From Podarcis filfolensis (taxonomy: Eukaryota), in NCBI GenBank assembly GCA_964270895.1, contig OZ185446.1: DNA of 64,000 nt; one strand, 5' to 3'. Of this stretch, positions 37,860-50,845 are shown one piece after another (positions within the stretch are counted from its first letter, which is position 1; each line of letters opens with the position of its first letter). Position numbers and translations under genes: made by a program. The notes under the pieces were generated by a model. That model saw only the letters and a list, made by a program, of their open reading frames with translations. It made no database searches and was not told where the DNA came from.

Positions 37860-38736
37860 GAATGCACAGTAGGGTGCTCATTTAACACAGCGCCAAAATA
37901 AGACCAAAGCGGGTATACAAGTGCACAAAATTTGCATGTGCTAATTTATACATATACATGCAAATTAAGAAACAATTGCTATAGCGTAAATAAAAGGGCA
38001 ACAGGCCTCGCCTTAGTGGGGAAGACTATGATCAGGTCACCTGTGTGTTAGTGGACAACTTCAAGTCCCCACCTGCTTCTACTTGTTCGTTAACCTTAAA
38101 CTGTCTTCAGGCTGGAGAGTCCTTCAGACAGAGGATGTCATCACACAAAGGGCTGTCCCATGTAGAGTGTATATAGCCACCTAAATATACAGTCATATAA
38201 TAAGACTAATATGTGGAGCCCTAACAGAGTTTGTCTTCTGATTAGTGATAAGCAGAAACATTAGTGGACTCTGTTTTCTGGCTGGTGACAAGCAAATTTG
38301 CCCTTGTAGATAAGTTTGTTGGCAGACCACATCTGGTACGGAAATGAGCGGCCTTAATGTTGCATTCATTTGTGCGTTCAATTGAATTATCTGAGTTTGT
38401 ATTATCAGCCATTTTAACCTTTATTTACTAGTGGACAACCAAAACGTATTTCCTTTCCATAGATAGAGGCTCTCCATAAAGAGGCAGGAAATTAGTAAAA
38501 AAAGAGGGGGGCACAGTTAATCTGTCCCATTGAAATGGCATTGTAATGCATCTGAATGCAAAACGTTTGGACTTTGAGCAATGTTTTCCAGGAGAATGAA
38601 TGAAACTGAAAGTTGGCTATAAGGAGAGTGGCATTCTTTTAAACAGTAACAGTTAGTTGATTATGTAGGACCTGCATGCATACTTCTCATAGGTGCATGC
38701 ATAGCTGTATAAACAGTGAACATGAATATGTATATA

Positions 38737-38925
38737 CCGTATTGGCCTGAATATGCCTCACTTTTTCCTCCCCAAATTCCGAACATGAGAAGTTAAAGTG
38801 CGGCTTAAATTCGTGACCTTACAAAAATTGGCTTTTACGATATCGCTGCTGAAACTGACATATGGTAAAACGGAACGGGTGTGAGTGCCTGAGGAATTTT
38901 AAGGGACCGGCTTATATTCAGATAT

Positions 38926-38975
<50 letters not shown>

Positions 38976-39040
38976 CGCCCCCCTTGAATTTTAAAGGTGC
39001 AGCTTATATTTGGGTGCAGCTTATATTCAGGCCAATATGG
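38737..39040. mobile_element. Tc1/mariner (Tc2-like) MITE containing a (CT)n tract
   Basis: TIRs CCGTATTGGCCTGAATAT / ATATTCAGGCCAATATGG with TA flanks. (CT)n at 38928-38973. Repeated 'gcggcttatattc'-like sub-terminal motifs. Confidence 0.85.
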
Positions 39041-39329
39041 TATTTAGCCTGCCAGCCAATACAATGGAGCCACAAGGCAACTAACTTCTTTTTCTTTTAA
39101 TTATAACAGCAACCAAAGCAACCCAGTTAACATAAGCAAATGGCAGTATTCATCAAAAACCTGGGCCGCACAACACTTTCCTAAATGACTGTCTAAATCA
39201 ATGGAATTCAAATTATAATACAGTAAAAAATAAGATAATATATAAGAAATAAAAGAAGCCATAAAAATACAATTTAATAATAATTACAGCATCTAGCACA
39301 GCGCAGTTGCTACAGCAGGTAGAGAAATC

Positions 39330-39442
39330 AAGTGATTGGCCAAGACCTGCAGGAATTTCCAGCGGTTCTTGGGCGGGGGCGAGGAGTTTGGAAACAAATG
39401 ATCTAGAACTAGCGCTCCTGAATAGCCAATACATAATTGGAA
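39330..39442. promoter_or_regulatory. Promoter/enhancer-like motif cluster (CCAAT, GC box, kB-like)
   Basis: ATTGG 39335, GGAATTTCC 39352, GGGCGG 39371, CCAAT 39426, ATTGG 39436. Motif match only. Confidence 0.3.
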
Positions 39443-40213
39443 TATTTTCTGGTATCTCCTAACAAAAATGAAATTTTAGAGCTGGTATAATGTGCTGTTA
39501 TGGCTAACATTGTGAACTGGAAGTTTCTGATTTAGCTTGCTGGGTGATGTGGAAATATTTAATTTTGAAAGGATGCTGTGGATCCCAATGAGCCAGTCAT
39601 CCAGCCTATCCTGGCATACTCTTGCCTTGAAATTTATGGCTTGCCTGAACATCTGCTTCATGGTACACAGATATAAAACAAAAGGATGTTGAATCCTTCT
39701 CAAAAGCAAGGGGAGTCATTTGTGCAGTTCTTGGAAAATATATGGCCAGCACAATACTACCTGATGCTTCTCCTGAAAGCTGCCTCTTCTAGATTTGCTT
39801 TGCTTTCAGTGTCTTTTTAATGAGCCTTATACAGGAAGAACCAGTCAGGTGCCTGCTGTGAACACATATATTTCACGTTTCATATGGCCTGAAATTTTAA
39901 CCAAATTGTTATTTTATTAAAACGGTAAACCATACAAGGTAACTGTCAATTTGAACTTGGTAGCTGTATTTGTTTAATTGAATAAGTCAAATAGTATGAC
40001 ATTTATTTAGTCTAAGACTACAGTTTCCTGTATTGGCAATCATTGATGTAAGTGCTATAACTGAATTTGAACAGATTTTACTCCTTTGGTAATAAAATAG
40101 CAGATCTTTATTTAGTTTTGTTTGTACAAGACTGGTCTGGAGAATAGTGGAGTAAGAAGCGATGTGGGAGAGAGTTTCGGATGGTTTTTTATGTTGCAGC
40201 ATGATCCTGTTTT

Positions 40214-40637
40214 TTTTTTTTTTTATAAAATTTTTATTGGTTTTTTAACACATAATAATAGACAATACAAAACAATACAAAAACAAACAAACATATAAAC
40301 ACGTATAATTTCTTCACATTTTTTCTTAGACCTTCTTTCATCGACTTCCTCATACCTCCCTTTTCTGCATCCCTACTTTAAAGTTTTCCAGCAAGCCCCA
40401 ATGTCAACTTATAACACTTTTTTTCCCCCTTTAAATCCTTTTTCTCATATCCAATTGTTTGTCCCCGCAATTCTGTTTTACCTGACCCAAAACATTTTAA
40501 CACTCATTAATTTTGCAACAGTTCTTGAGATAAACTTTAAATTTCTTCCAATCTTCTTCCACCGTCTCTCTCCCTTGGTCACGGATTCTGCCAGTCATCT
40601 CCGCCAGTCCCATGTAGTCAATCACCTTGGTCTGCCA
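40214..40637 (-). mobile_element. 5'-truncated L1-clade LINE with poly(A) tail and 16-bp TSD
   Basis: Minus-strand peptide 'WQTKVIDYMGLAEMTGRIRDQGRETVEEDWKKFKVYLK' and poly(T) on the plus strand. TSD agcatgatcctgtttt at 40198-40213 and 40638-40653. Confidence 0.88.
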
Positions 40638-40729
40638 AGCATGATCCTGTTTTGGTCTACTCAGAAGTAAGCCCCGGCAAGTGTGAGTATAGGATTGCAA
40701 CCTAAATTACTAGAGTCCTTTGAATCACC

Positions 40730-40925
40730 ATCACTCCAGTCTTTTTCATGGTTGGCCCATAGTCTCATGATACAGCACACATTTTGCGTGCCAAAGTTCC
40801 AGCTTCAATTCCCCATATCTCCAAGTCAGGCTGGCAAAGATTCCTGTCTGAAACCATGGAAAGACAGTGTCAACAACCTTCAACTAGATGGGCCATTTCT
40901 GACTTGGAATAAGACAGCTTCCTAG
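40730..40925 (+). mobile_element. Old tRNA-derived SINE (family of 42916-43107)
   Basis: Shares the 3' motif 'ctagatggg...ctgact...ataagacagcttcct' with the other copies. Confidence 0.6.
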
Positions 40926-41110
40926 GTTCCTAAAGTTCTGAGTTCAATGTGAATCCATTGCTACCATCAAAATATTGCACTACTGCAGCTGGGTTAGTTT
41001 TATTTGGTGCTACTTAAGCACTAATGTGAGGAGGATCTGAAAAGCCCTTTAAACTAACCCCGAAACAACTGTTCAAAACTGGGGTTCTTACACGTCGAGC
41101 TTCGAAATTA

Positions 41111-41707
41111 CTGTATTTTTCGCCCTATAGGACGCACTTTTTCCCCTCCAAAAATGAAGGGGAAATGTGTGCGCGTCCTGTGGGATGAATCCAGGCTTCA
41201 GGAAGCTATCCGCAAGTCTTGGGAGCTCCGCGGGAGTTCCCGTCGGGCTCCCAAGGCTTGCGGATAGCAGCTTGCATCCCGAAGCCTGGGGCGTGCTGCA
41301 CAGCGCACCCTGGGCTTCGTGCAGATATCGGGCAGCCCCACAAGTGGGCTTCTCCCCAGCACCAGCCCCACAAGCTTGGGGGACAGCGGGGAGGCGGAGC
41401 GCCGCCATCCCGCTGTTCCCCGACCTGGTTTGGAGGCTGGCAGTGGGGAGAAGCGCGCTTCTCCCCATCGCCAGCCCCACAAGCTCGGGGGACAGATATC
41501 CGCAAGCCTGGGGAGACCAGCGCGACTTCCGGGCTCTGCAGGCTTGCAGATAGCAGCCTGTTCTGGGGGCTGGGGTCGGGGGAAGCTCGGGCATCCCCCA
41601 CCCCAGCCCCATGCCTGGGGGGAAAATAATTTTTTCCCCTTTATTTCCCCCCCAAAAAACTAGGTGCATCCTATGGGCCAGTGCGCCCTATGGGGTGAAA
41701 AATACGG
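41111..41707. mobile_element. Tc1/mariner Tc2-like non-autonomous element (longer, opposite orientation to 9580)
   Basis: TIRs CTGTATTTTTCGCCCTATAGG / CCTATGGGGTGAAAATACGG with TA flanks. Internal direct repeats and high CpG content. Confidence 0.9.
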
Positions 41708-42915
41708 TATGTCCTACAAAGGTGGCATCGCACCCAGGCTCAAACCTGGAAAAATCCAACTCAACCAGGACCAAAAAGTTATAGCTGACAATCTAGCCCT
41801 GAGTAAGGATTAAGACCTGGGACTCGGCTATATTAGTAAAGAAAAAGTGTTTTATATGCGTTATAACACTGACACCAGATAGTGCTGTGGAGCCTCGTCT
41901 TTCGCCAACATGATTTCCTCTTATGAAGTTTACAACACATTTTCCTGAAACGCTTTTTTGATGTGTCTAGATCCAGCCCTGATCTACACGTTCAGAGTAA
42001 TCATGAGCTACAATGCTCATTCATACGAAGGATTGTGTGGTGAATACATCTCATGAAACCTCCCTTCATGAGATAATTTATTCTAGGGGTAGCTCATATG
42101 GTGGTCTCCAGATGTTGTTGGATTGCAACAACTCCCGTCATTCATGGCATTTAGCCCTGCTACCTGGGCCTGGTGGGAGTCATGGTCAAAGAAATTTTGG
42201 TGGTGTGTCCCTGATTTCTGCATTCAACTCCTCACCGTCTCACCAAGCAGTGGTGGCATCCCCAACAGGGCTGTACCTCTCAACTGTTCTGAATGTGCAT
42301 GGTAGCTCATTGCTTGCACTCATTGGAGAGCAAAGAACTCAGCAGGTAGCACAATCTTTTATTCTACATAGGGTAACAATTATGCAAATTACACCGCTAT
42401 AGAAAAAGGCTTTATAAAGAGATTAGAAGTCATTAGAATGAGACTCTCTCTGGAATATATAACCAGGGTTTCTTTTGTTTCACAAGTAAAATGCCATTAA
42501 AAGTTTAGACTTCTAAAAGCCATTTTATTGTCTTTCTTTCTCAGGGCAAAGCAGGAGGTATTCATTTATGGCTTTAGTCATAACTTCCCATTATGAAGTA
42601 TTTATGCCCATAACCATCATTTAAGACTTTAGAGAGAAGTGGGGTAGAATTATTAAATAATATGTTTTGCTTCTTCTTAAATGATGGTGAAAAGGCTGCA
42701 CGCCGTACTTAAAAGTGCATAGCTGGGAAGATAAGTGTGGTTTAGGAAGAAGACATTCTGCTGTCTTAAAGGTTATGGAAGTCTTTCAAAGAGGAAAACA
42801 TTGCCATCCCCTTTAGAGCTTTGCTTACGTAAGCCAACTGTGAAATAGCTTGTGTCAACAATAAAGTCAATCTATTTTCTCTCCTAACACCCTGTTCAGC
42901 AACTCTGGGTCCAAT

Positions 42916-43107
42916 AGGGGAAGAAGCCATAACTCAGAGGCAGAGAATCTGCTTTGTGTGCAGAAGGTCCGAGGTTCAAACTCTGGCATCTACAGGTAGG
43001 GCTGTACCCTGCCTGAATTCATGGAAAGTCACAGCCAATTAGTGTGGACAATACTGAGCTAGATGGATCAATGGTCTGACTCAGAATAAGGCAGCTTCCT
43101 GCATTCC
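42916..43107 (+). mobile_element. tRNA-derived SINE (old squamate family)
   Basis: Head 'gccataactcagaggcagag...gaggttcaaactctgg' (A/B boxes). Related copies near 45680-45870(-), 61160-61445(-) and 63190-63280. Confidence 0.7.
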
Positions 43108-43296
43108 ATTGTGTGCTTCTGACTAATTAACCAAGACAATGTTTCCATTCTTGCATCTCATGAAGTACAAAATAAAACTGAAGACCAAGTCACTGTGGGG
43201 AGTGTAGCTGACCCAGAAACTGGAACTTCATCTGTTCTTGATGGAGTTGCCCCATTTGCTCCCTCCAAGAAGCAGGTCCGGGATTGTGAGTAGCTG

Positions 43297-43497
43297 CAGG
43301 ACTGGCCCAAGACATTTTGCTGCCTGAGGCAGACCCCCAAATTGGTGTACTTCTACCCACCAGGGAAGAAGGGGTGAGAAAAGAGCTACACCAGGAACAA
43401 GGGGAGAAAGAAAGGTTGACATTGGGTTCTTGTGCCCCGGTGGATCCTGCTGCCTGAAGCAGTCATTTCATCTTGCCTCTTGGTTGAGCCGGCCTTG
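43297..43497. mobile_element. Degenerate hAT (Tip100-like) MITE
   Basis: Imperfect TIRs caggactggcccaa / ttgagccggccttg. TSD is degenerate. Confidence 0.45.
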
Positions 43498-45679
43498 GGT
43501 GGATGGACGGTCATGAATCTTCAGTAGGCATTCTTCTAAAAATGGCACCTGGCTTGGAAACATAAAAAAATAGGACTCAGCGATTGTATGCTTCTCTTTC
43601 CCAGGACACATGGATGCATCCTGCACAGCAGCTAACAGAGCTTCAGTTGAATGCCTAGTATCTCCTCTTACACTCTATCTTAATACTCCTAAGAGATGCA
43701 AGTACAGTTTCATCACCAGCCAATCCCACCTGACTCAACTCACTTTGTTTACCATCCAGCACAATCATGAGTTCTGCAGAACTTGAAAGCTCTCACACTA
43801 GCTCTTTGGTTCTGCAGAACTACAACGGTCTATATATCCTCTATATCATATACAAGATGCATCAAAAGCCATCACCCAAAACCCCCAAAAGGATAAAGCA
43901 TAGGGAATTTGTCATGTTATCTAAAGCCTTTCTTTATTGAAAAATCCTCATTAACTAGCACTAGATGCAGATTTATTAGCAAAGTTGGGCAGCAGCCTAG
44001 GCCTTTGCATTGAGGATAATGAAGGCAGATGCTCACCTTGATAAATGAAAGCTAGGTTGACGTGCTTCTTTTGCCAGTGGTAGGGGTGCAGGTATTTGTG
44101 GCATAACTGTACACTTTCCAGCATTCTCCATCACACAGGAAGGCTGACGGCATGGCCTGAAGTATTTAGTTAATGAGAACATCCATCTAGGATGGTGATC
44201 AATATGCAAACTGTATTGAATCATTGAATCAGTTTGGTGCATTACACATAGAAGAAGCCAGCTTGCTCTCTTATAAACAACCATATCAGTGTGAAGGCTT
44301 TGATCTCATTTCTTGTTAAACCCTGAAACCTCCAGCCCAAGAGGTGGCTGGTTAGTACAAACCAACATGCCCATTTCATCCCATCCCATCCCCTCCTCTT
44401 GGACCAAACTGCTCCTTTAGGGTTGTAGCTTCCTCAGAGCTTATATCCGGCTTCAGAATAGCTTGGTTTTATGTCTGTATCATGACTCCAGGCACATCAT
44501 GCTTTCTTCCAGCAATAAATATTATTTGTAATACTGTGGGATTTTTTTAAAAAAATGTAATTTATCCCTCCGATGTCTCACTTCTCTTAAAAATGGCCCC
44601 TTACCTGGGTCAAGGGTGGGCAGCAGTTGCACCCCGGCACGATGGCTCCCTCGCCCCACAGAGCATCGCCATTTCCTCTGCGGCCCTTGTTCCTCCCCCC
44701 GGCTGCTGTGAAGCATCTTGAGTCCAAACCAGACCCAGCTTGAATCCTTGGCCTATCCATGGAGGTCTGGTGGGTGGGATTTAGGGAGCAGACCTTGGAG
44801 TGACGCTCCAGTCTGCTTCTTACCCATATAAACAGGGGGGTGGCTTTTTATGTAATTCCCCCCTCCGATTTCTCATTTCTCTTAAAAATTGTTTTCGCTG
44901 CTTCTGTCTCTGTTTATTCAAGACGACGGCTGAATTTATGAACGTACCATGTTTACACTTTGTTAGGCTGAAATAGTGACTGGTCCAAAGTCACCATGTG
45001 AGCCTCATGGCTGAGTGGGGATTTAAAATGGGAACTTTCCAGTTCAATCTGACACTTTCACCATTATGCCACATTGACTCTCTCACCTTTGCTATTTAGG
45101 TGGCTTGAAGGCTTCTTCTGTTTAGTGCCTCATCATGATTTTACTGCTTCATTGATAAATAGTTCTTTATTTTATGCATTAATTTTGTTGCATTAACATT
45201 TAGTGCTTTTGAGCCCCTTAGGTAATGTTTTCATTAGAAAGGCAGGCTGTAAATGTGAATATGCGGGGGGAGGGGATCATCAGCTTTGGCCAAAGATCAG
45301 ACCATTAATCTGATTAAAAAGCAGCAGCAGCAACTTTGAGTGATACGCTTTCTCCCAATCCCTGCATACCACTCATATGTACCATGCAGTGTTTATTGCA
45401 CCACTCTTGCAGGTATGAAAATGGGTTTTCCCAGCTCATAGGAGCCATGGAGCCAGCAGCATACTTTTGGACAAAACGAGAAGCCTAGCTTATGATCTGT
45501 CAGGTTCAAAGCAACTCACAAGCCAACCAGCAGTGTTCAGTATTCTGATTTTTCAGCCTACCTTGAGCTGCATAAAAATGAGGAGTTATGAAACCACAAA
45601 GGCCACCTGATGGGCTAACACTGAACATGGTGGGTCACAAATTGTGTGGCTTACAAAGGCTTTGTGAATATTCAGAACC

Positions 45680-45870
45680 CTGGGAATATAGGAAGCTGTG
45701 TTATAACGCATCAGACCCTTAGTCCAACTAGCTCAGTGTTGTCCACATTGACTATGAGTGGCTCACGAGGGTTTCAGACAGGGAACATTCCCAGCGCTAT
45801 GTGGAGGGGCCAGGGATTGCACTTGGGCCCTTCTGCATTCAAATTGTGCATTTTATCATTGTACTACAAC
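45680..45870 (-). mobile_element. Old tRNA-derived SINE (family of 42916)
   Basis: The reverse complement matches 42916-43107. Confidence 0.6.
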
Positions 45871-47229
45871 CCTTCTAGTCAACTTGTTTCTGTAATAACA
45901 AATTGTGCCAGCAACTGCAGGGCACTGTGTTTGATGGTCCAGCAAATCTTGTTCCCCTAAATGAACTTTCCACATTGGGGTTGTGTACCCAATGCAAAAT
46001 TCAATAATTTATTCATTTGGAAGCTGGAAGATGGGAGGCCCCATTAGTCTTCTCTGAGGCTTTTATTTCCTTTGCCACTTGGACAGGATATAAGACAGTT
46101 GAAAGACTAGCAGATATTTCTCATCAACATCAGAACTTTGATTTTAATTGGTAACTGGTGTGTACGCTTAGGCTTTGAATTTTAATGGGTTGATCTATAT
46201 ACTTTCTCTTTCTCAACTTGTCGACCTCACTTATCTTCTCTTATTTCTTCCTGCCATCATCTTCTGCAGAAGAAAGAAGGGAAGAAAAACCGCTGTTCCC
46301 AAAACCTGTTTAGTCACATGCTTTCATAGTATTTGATTTCCATAATTTCATGTACTTCTGTAGCATTGTTTGTTTCAGGGTTCACCCACAGTATCCTGGC
46401 ATGCATGTTGCTGAAATAATCTGTGGGACAACAACTGTTCATTTAGAAAACTAACGGGCACACCATTTATCACAATGGGAGAGGATGGCATGACAGCCAG
46501 CCCGAAGCTATAGCCCCATGTTGCCAGTGTCATTGTATTCATAGGACAGTGTTTCTGGAAACAGGAGATGTGAGAACAACTATGTGGCTCTATTGCTACA
46601 TTAGAATATTTCGAAAGTTGCTCTCATGATCCTTTCTCAAAGGAGAGGATACAAAAGTTACAAATGTTTGCAATACAAAATACAAAAATTCTCTCCCACC
46701 AACCCCCGGCCCACCAAGTTTATTAAAAAGTCCCAAAATATAAGCATTCTGTCATTCTAATGTGCATCCAATCACTTACTGGAATAGTGGCACTTTTACA
46801 GAAATCCCAAGAGGTTGTTCCAACCTTTTTGTGAGTCTCTTGTGATTTCAAAAAGCTAACTTTTCTGTGAGAATACAGTATGTGAGTCATTTAACAAATA
46901 AGAGACTCAACACAGGTCCTGCTTAATTCTATCGTGTGTTCTTGTAGTTGAAGTGGATTTTCCCCCACCATGTGTTGTTGCTGCTGATGTTGTTTTTTTT
47001 ACCTGAGGCAAGGAGCCTAGCCAATCCTGGTTCTTGTCAGCGTGTGGATTTTCCCGACATGTTGTTGAAGTGTTCAGACATTCGTCTGGACACCCATAGG
47101 GGGGAAATGAATTGCACCTGTTGATTTTGCCCCTGACTCCTCCTGGTAGGACAACTATGGTTATTCCTGGATCAAGATAGCTTGACCACAGTTGCCCATG
47201 CATTGGTAACCTGATGTTCATATTACTGC

Positions 47230-47620
47230 AATGTGCTCTATGTGGGGCTGCCTTTGAGGTTGGTATGGAGACTGCAACTGGTGCACCATGCTTGCAGGCA
47301 GCAAACTACAGGCACCTTCCTTGCAGAATCTGCTCTGTCCACCAATCTGCTACCAGATCAAGTTCAAGATCTTGATGCTAACATATGAGGCCATATACCG
47401 CTCAGGACCAAGTTACTTGTGAGACCACCTTATCCCTTATATGCTTATAGAACACTGTGGGACAGTTTCTTCTGCAAGCTCCATAAATATCAGAAGCCCA
47501 CTCCACAGGAACTCAGAGCAGGGATTTCAGTGTGGCTGCCCTTGCTCTGTGGAACCAGGACCATATTAAGACCTTTATAGACTCTAAGCATTTAAAAGAT
47601 TTTGGTGCCTCCATATATAT
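47230..47620 (+). mobile_element. Old L2 LINE ORF2 3' remnant
   Basis: Degenerate motifs 'ctgcaactggtgca', 'atcaagttcaagatcttgatgctaacata' and 'gccatataccgctcaggaccaagttactt' correspond to the KVLVLTFKALNGLGP region of L2. Confidence 0.6.
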
Positions 47621-50600
47621 CTAATTGAAAATATAATCAATAATATAAACAATAATAAACCCTATATCATAACTTGACAAGTTCCCACTACCTGCACTTT
47701 CTGAAACAAATTGAAGACATTTTTGATCTGACAGGTTTTCTTAACTGGATGACTGGGTCTCTGCCATGGGCGTCTCTTCTAGACTGTATTGTTATTGTTT
47801 TGTTTTTCAAACGTATTTGTTGATTTTTTTCATTTTTAAACTGCTTTTCACTGTTTTTATGAGCACCTTGTGTGGAAGGCAATAAGAATAATAATAATGA
47901 TTCCCCAGAAATTCATGCTGTTGTGATTACGGTGTGGAAAATGGTTGCCAGTGTGTGATAGGCGCCTACTGACTTCTTTCAAAATGATTTGCAATAAATG
48001 ATGCAACAGCCATGCAGGCATCACTTTGCAAATATTTAAAAATACTGAGTGGTTAACGAAGGCGACTCCATTCATACTCATTCATTGCTCACGACTTTCA
48101 TTTTGTATCTGTAAATTTTGATCATTTAAATAATATTGCCTTGTGTGTGTGCTCCAAAAATGAACCTAATGGGTCTCGTCCAGTTCAATTTCCATTCATT
48201 ACGACATGGACATGCCCATGGATGGGCTTAGGGGGAATATTGTGTGAACCTTAATTGTGAGTGGCACATACTGTGACTGATCATACTAAAAGCTGCCTTG
48301 TTTTCAGCTCCTCCAAACACCCCAATCCACTGGCTGATATATAAGCAATATATTTCATTCTGTCTCACACACGAGCTTAATTCTTAATATCCGATGCTGT
48401 GTATCAATCTCCTGTGCACAGATATAAAAGGATCTGGTTTACACTGGAACAATTGTTTTCCCTAGGAAACATAAAATATTCCTTCTGTTATTTCTGAGTG
48501 CTTTTTGGCTCTCTTGCTGTTTAAACAAATAAAGGAAGAGATTATGGGGCATTTCTGTGATGAGCGTACCTGTAGAGAGGAGCACTTCCATGCTTTCACT
48601 GATAAATATTTAGATGCTGTGAATTTGTGGTGTTCGTGGTACAGAATACAAATGTATCCCGTGTGTAACATAGAGCTGTATTACAAATCAAGCAGCACTG
48701 TCCCCGAACATTCTACTCCAGCTCAAAATATTAAATGTCCTATGTGTCAGTGTCACAACCACAGCTCTGCAGACAAAGATGTACAAAAAATTATTTAATG
48801 ATCAGTGATTGCTGTGAAGCTATGTGAGGCCTTAAGATCAGCTTCTGTGGAGGTTCAAATGCACACTTCATTTAATAGTAAGTCCAGCTTCTCATTGTTT
48901 GCTGCAAACTCTATGGCCAGACTTGGTTTTATCGTGCGCATGGCTGTTCTGCACCATCCCCTTCCTTCTTTCATCTGAGAAACAAAAAACCAAGCTGTCT
49001 GGGGTGAAAAACCTAGAGACGGCAAAGGTAGAGAAGTTGGAGGGAATAGTTTGTTTTTATGGACAGGACTAGCTTTTAATCACAGTGAATTCTTTTCCCA
49101 GGGCGCTCCAGTCACAGTGATTTGGGAAAGGGGTGTTGTAAACACGAGTTCTCATTTCCCTCCAAAGTTAGGCTGTGAGACCAGGGAGTAAGCAGGGGAA
49201 TTAAATAATTAGGGTGGTCTCCTTCTTTCCCATTCATTCTTTTTTCCCTCAGAAAATATTTTAAATAATAGCACTCTCTTTTTCTTATTATTCACAGAGG
49301 GTATCTCCAGGAAGGGAAAGCAGCAAGAAAAAAACCTGAGAGTTTTCTTTTGTTCACTATAGCTAAGGTCAATTCACCTAGCATGATAGTCCTTCATTCT
49401 ATGTATGTGAGCTTTGGCAGGATTCTTACCCTGCAGTTTCTTCCTTAGTTTGCCAGTTCTCATGCTAATTTCACTCACCCCCAGAAAAAAATAAAACCGA
49501 GGGAATGAAAGTTATTTCTATTTTCCCTTCCCCAAATGGTAAAGTCTGAGAGAATGTGTACACCTTTCTTTTAGCATGCTCCATTCCTTCAGAAGGGGAA
49601 GCTACGCTTACAATTTGCCTGCAGTTATGGCAGAAAAGAAGAAATTTAGATGCTTGGATGTTAAGCTCAGCAGAGGGGGCCCCCTTGGTAGTTCCACCAT
49701 TCTCAGAAGTTATGGGGTGGCAGCCCCTCAGTTGTGGCATGTGAAGACACCTCTCTTTACCCTCACCTTTGACCCCTCAGGTGTATGTATTTAGGACTCG
49801 CCCTTTTCTTGTGACTGCCGTTTGTTTTAATTCTGTTTGAATCATGTCTTTTAAATTGTTCTAAGCTGCCCTCGGACCATACGATGCAAGATGGGTAATT
49901 GTCATCAACATGATTATAATCACCATCCTTAAATGTTCTCTACCTGGATGTAACTGCCTGAAATTCGGTAGGCTTAATCCACTCTGGAGGGAAATCCTTA
50001 GCATGCAAGTTTCTCCCATGTATGTGAAAAGAAAGAAAAGGTGCAGCCATTTTTTAGATTCCCAATTAGATTGATGAGGGCAAAACAGAGTTTCAGATGT
50101 AACGTACCAGGTTTGGACTTGAATAACAAATCAAATTCAAATACAGAGCAGATCCAAAACAGATTGAGATGCTTCCAAATGCTACTGATACCAGTGCAAG
50201 GCAAATTGTGTAGTCACTACACACCTCTTAAGACTCTCTCTTAATCCCAGGGGTGTTTGGGGAAGACAACAGGCAGTTTCAGAAATTCCCAGAGGGCAAT
50301 ATAATTTGTACAGTTGCCTAGTTTCTACACTTATTGAAAGATCCCCCCTCCATCCAGGGAAGAAGATGTATCATCACAGGTCAAGGACACATTTCAGCCA
50401 GGCAAAAACACTCAAGAAGGATGTGAAGCAGGGGCAGGGAGAGGTATGCCCAAGGACCAGATAAGCTTGAATGATTGTATGTTGGTCCTTGAACCTGAGG
50501 TTCACCAGCCCTGTTCTGGACTGATACATGGGTCAGAGCATAATTACACCTTGGATTTTACACTTCTACCAATTTTGCAGTAGAGATTTTAGCACAAACA

Positions 50601-50845
50601 AGCAGCAAAATGATTAACCATTTGTGCGATTTGGGATAAAATGTATTTAAATATGTATTTTGTGATTTTAAAAAAGTCTTCAAATAGGTATTTAAATAAT
50701 GAATTGTCATGGGGGCTTCTTCTATGGACCAAGGTGCAAAAGACACTCTCTACAGATGCAATGGTGGCAGAAAAATGCCTAGTAGAGGAAAAGATTTACT
50801 AGGCTGCACATAATCTATCACTTCCTCTCCACCACCATGACCTAC

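Noticed and set aside
41088-41669. Six overlapping ORFs on both strands
   Set aside because: They all lie in a GC-rich non-autonomous Tc2-like element that is poor in stop codons, and none has transposase motifs.
44037-44157. Minus-strand exon candidate (cttcag|GCCATG...CAAG|gtgagc), and 44606-44716 ending CCAG|gtaagg
   Set aside because: The splice motifs are plausible, but the peptides are unrecognised and the second lies in repeat-like sequence. Support is too weak to call them.
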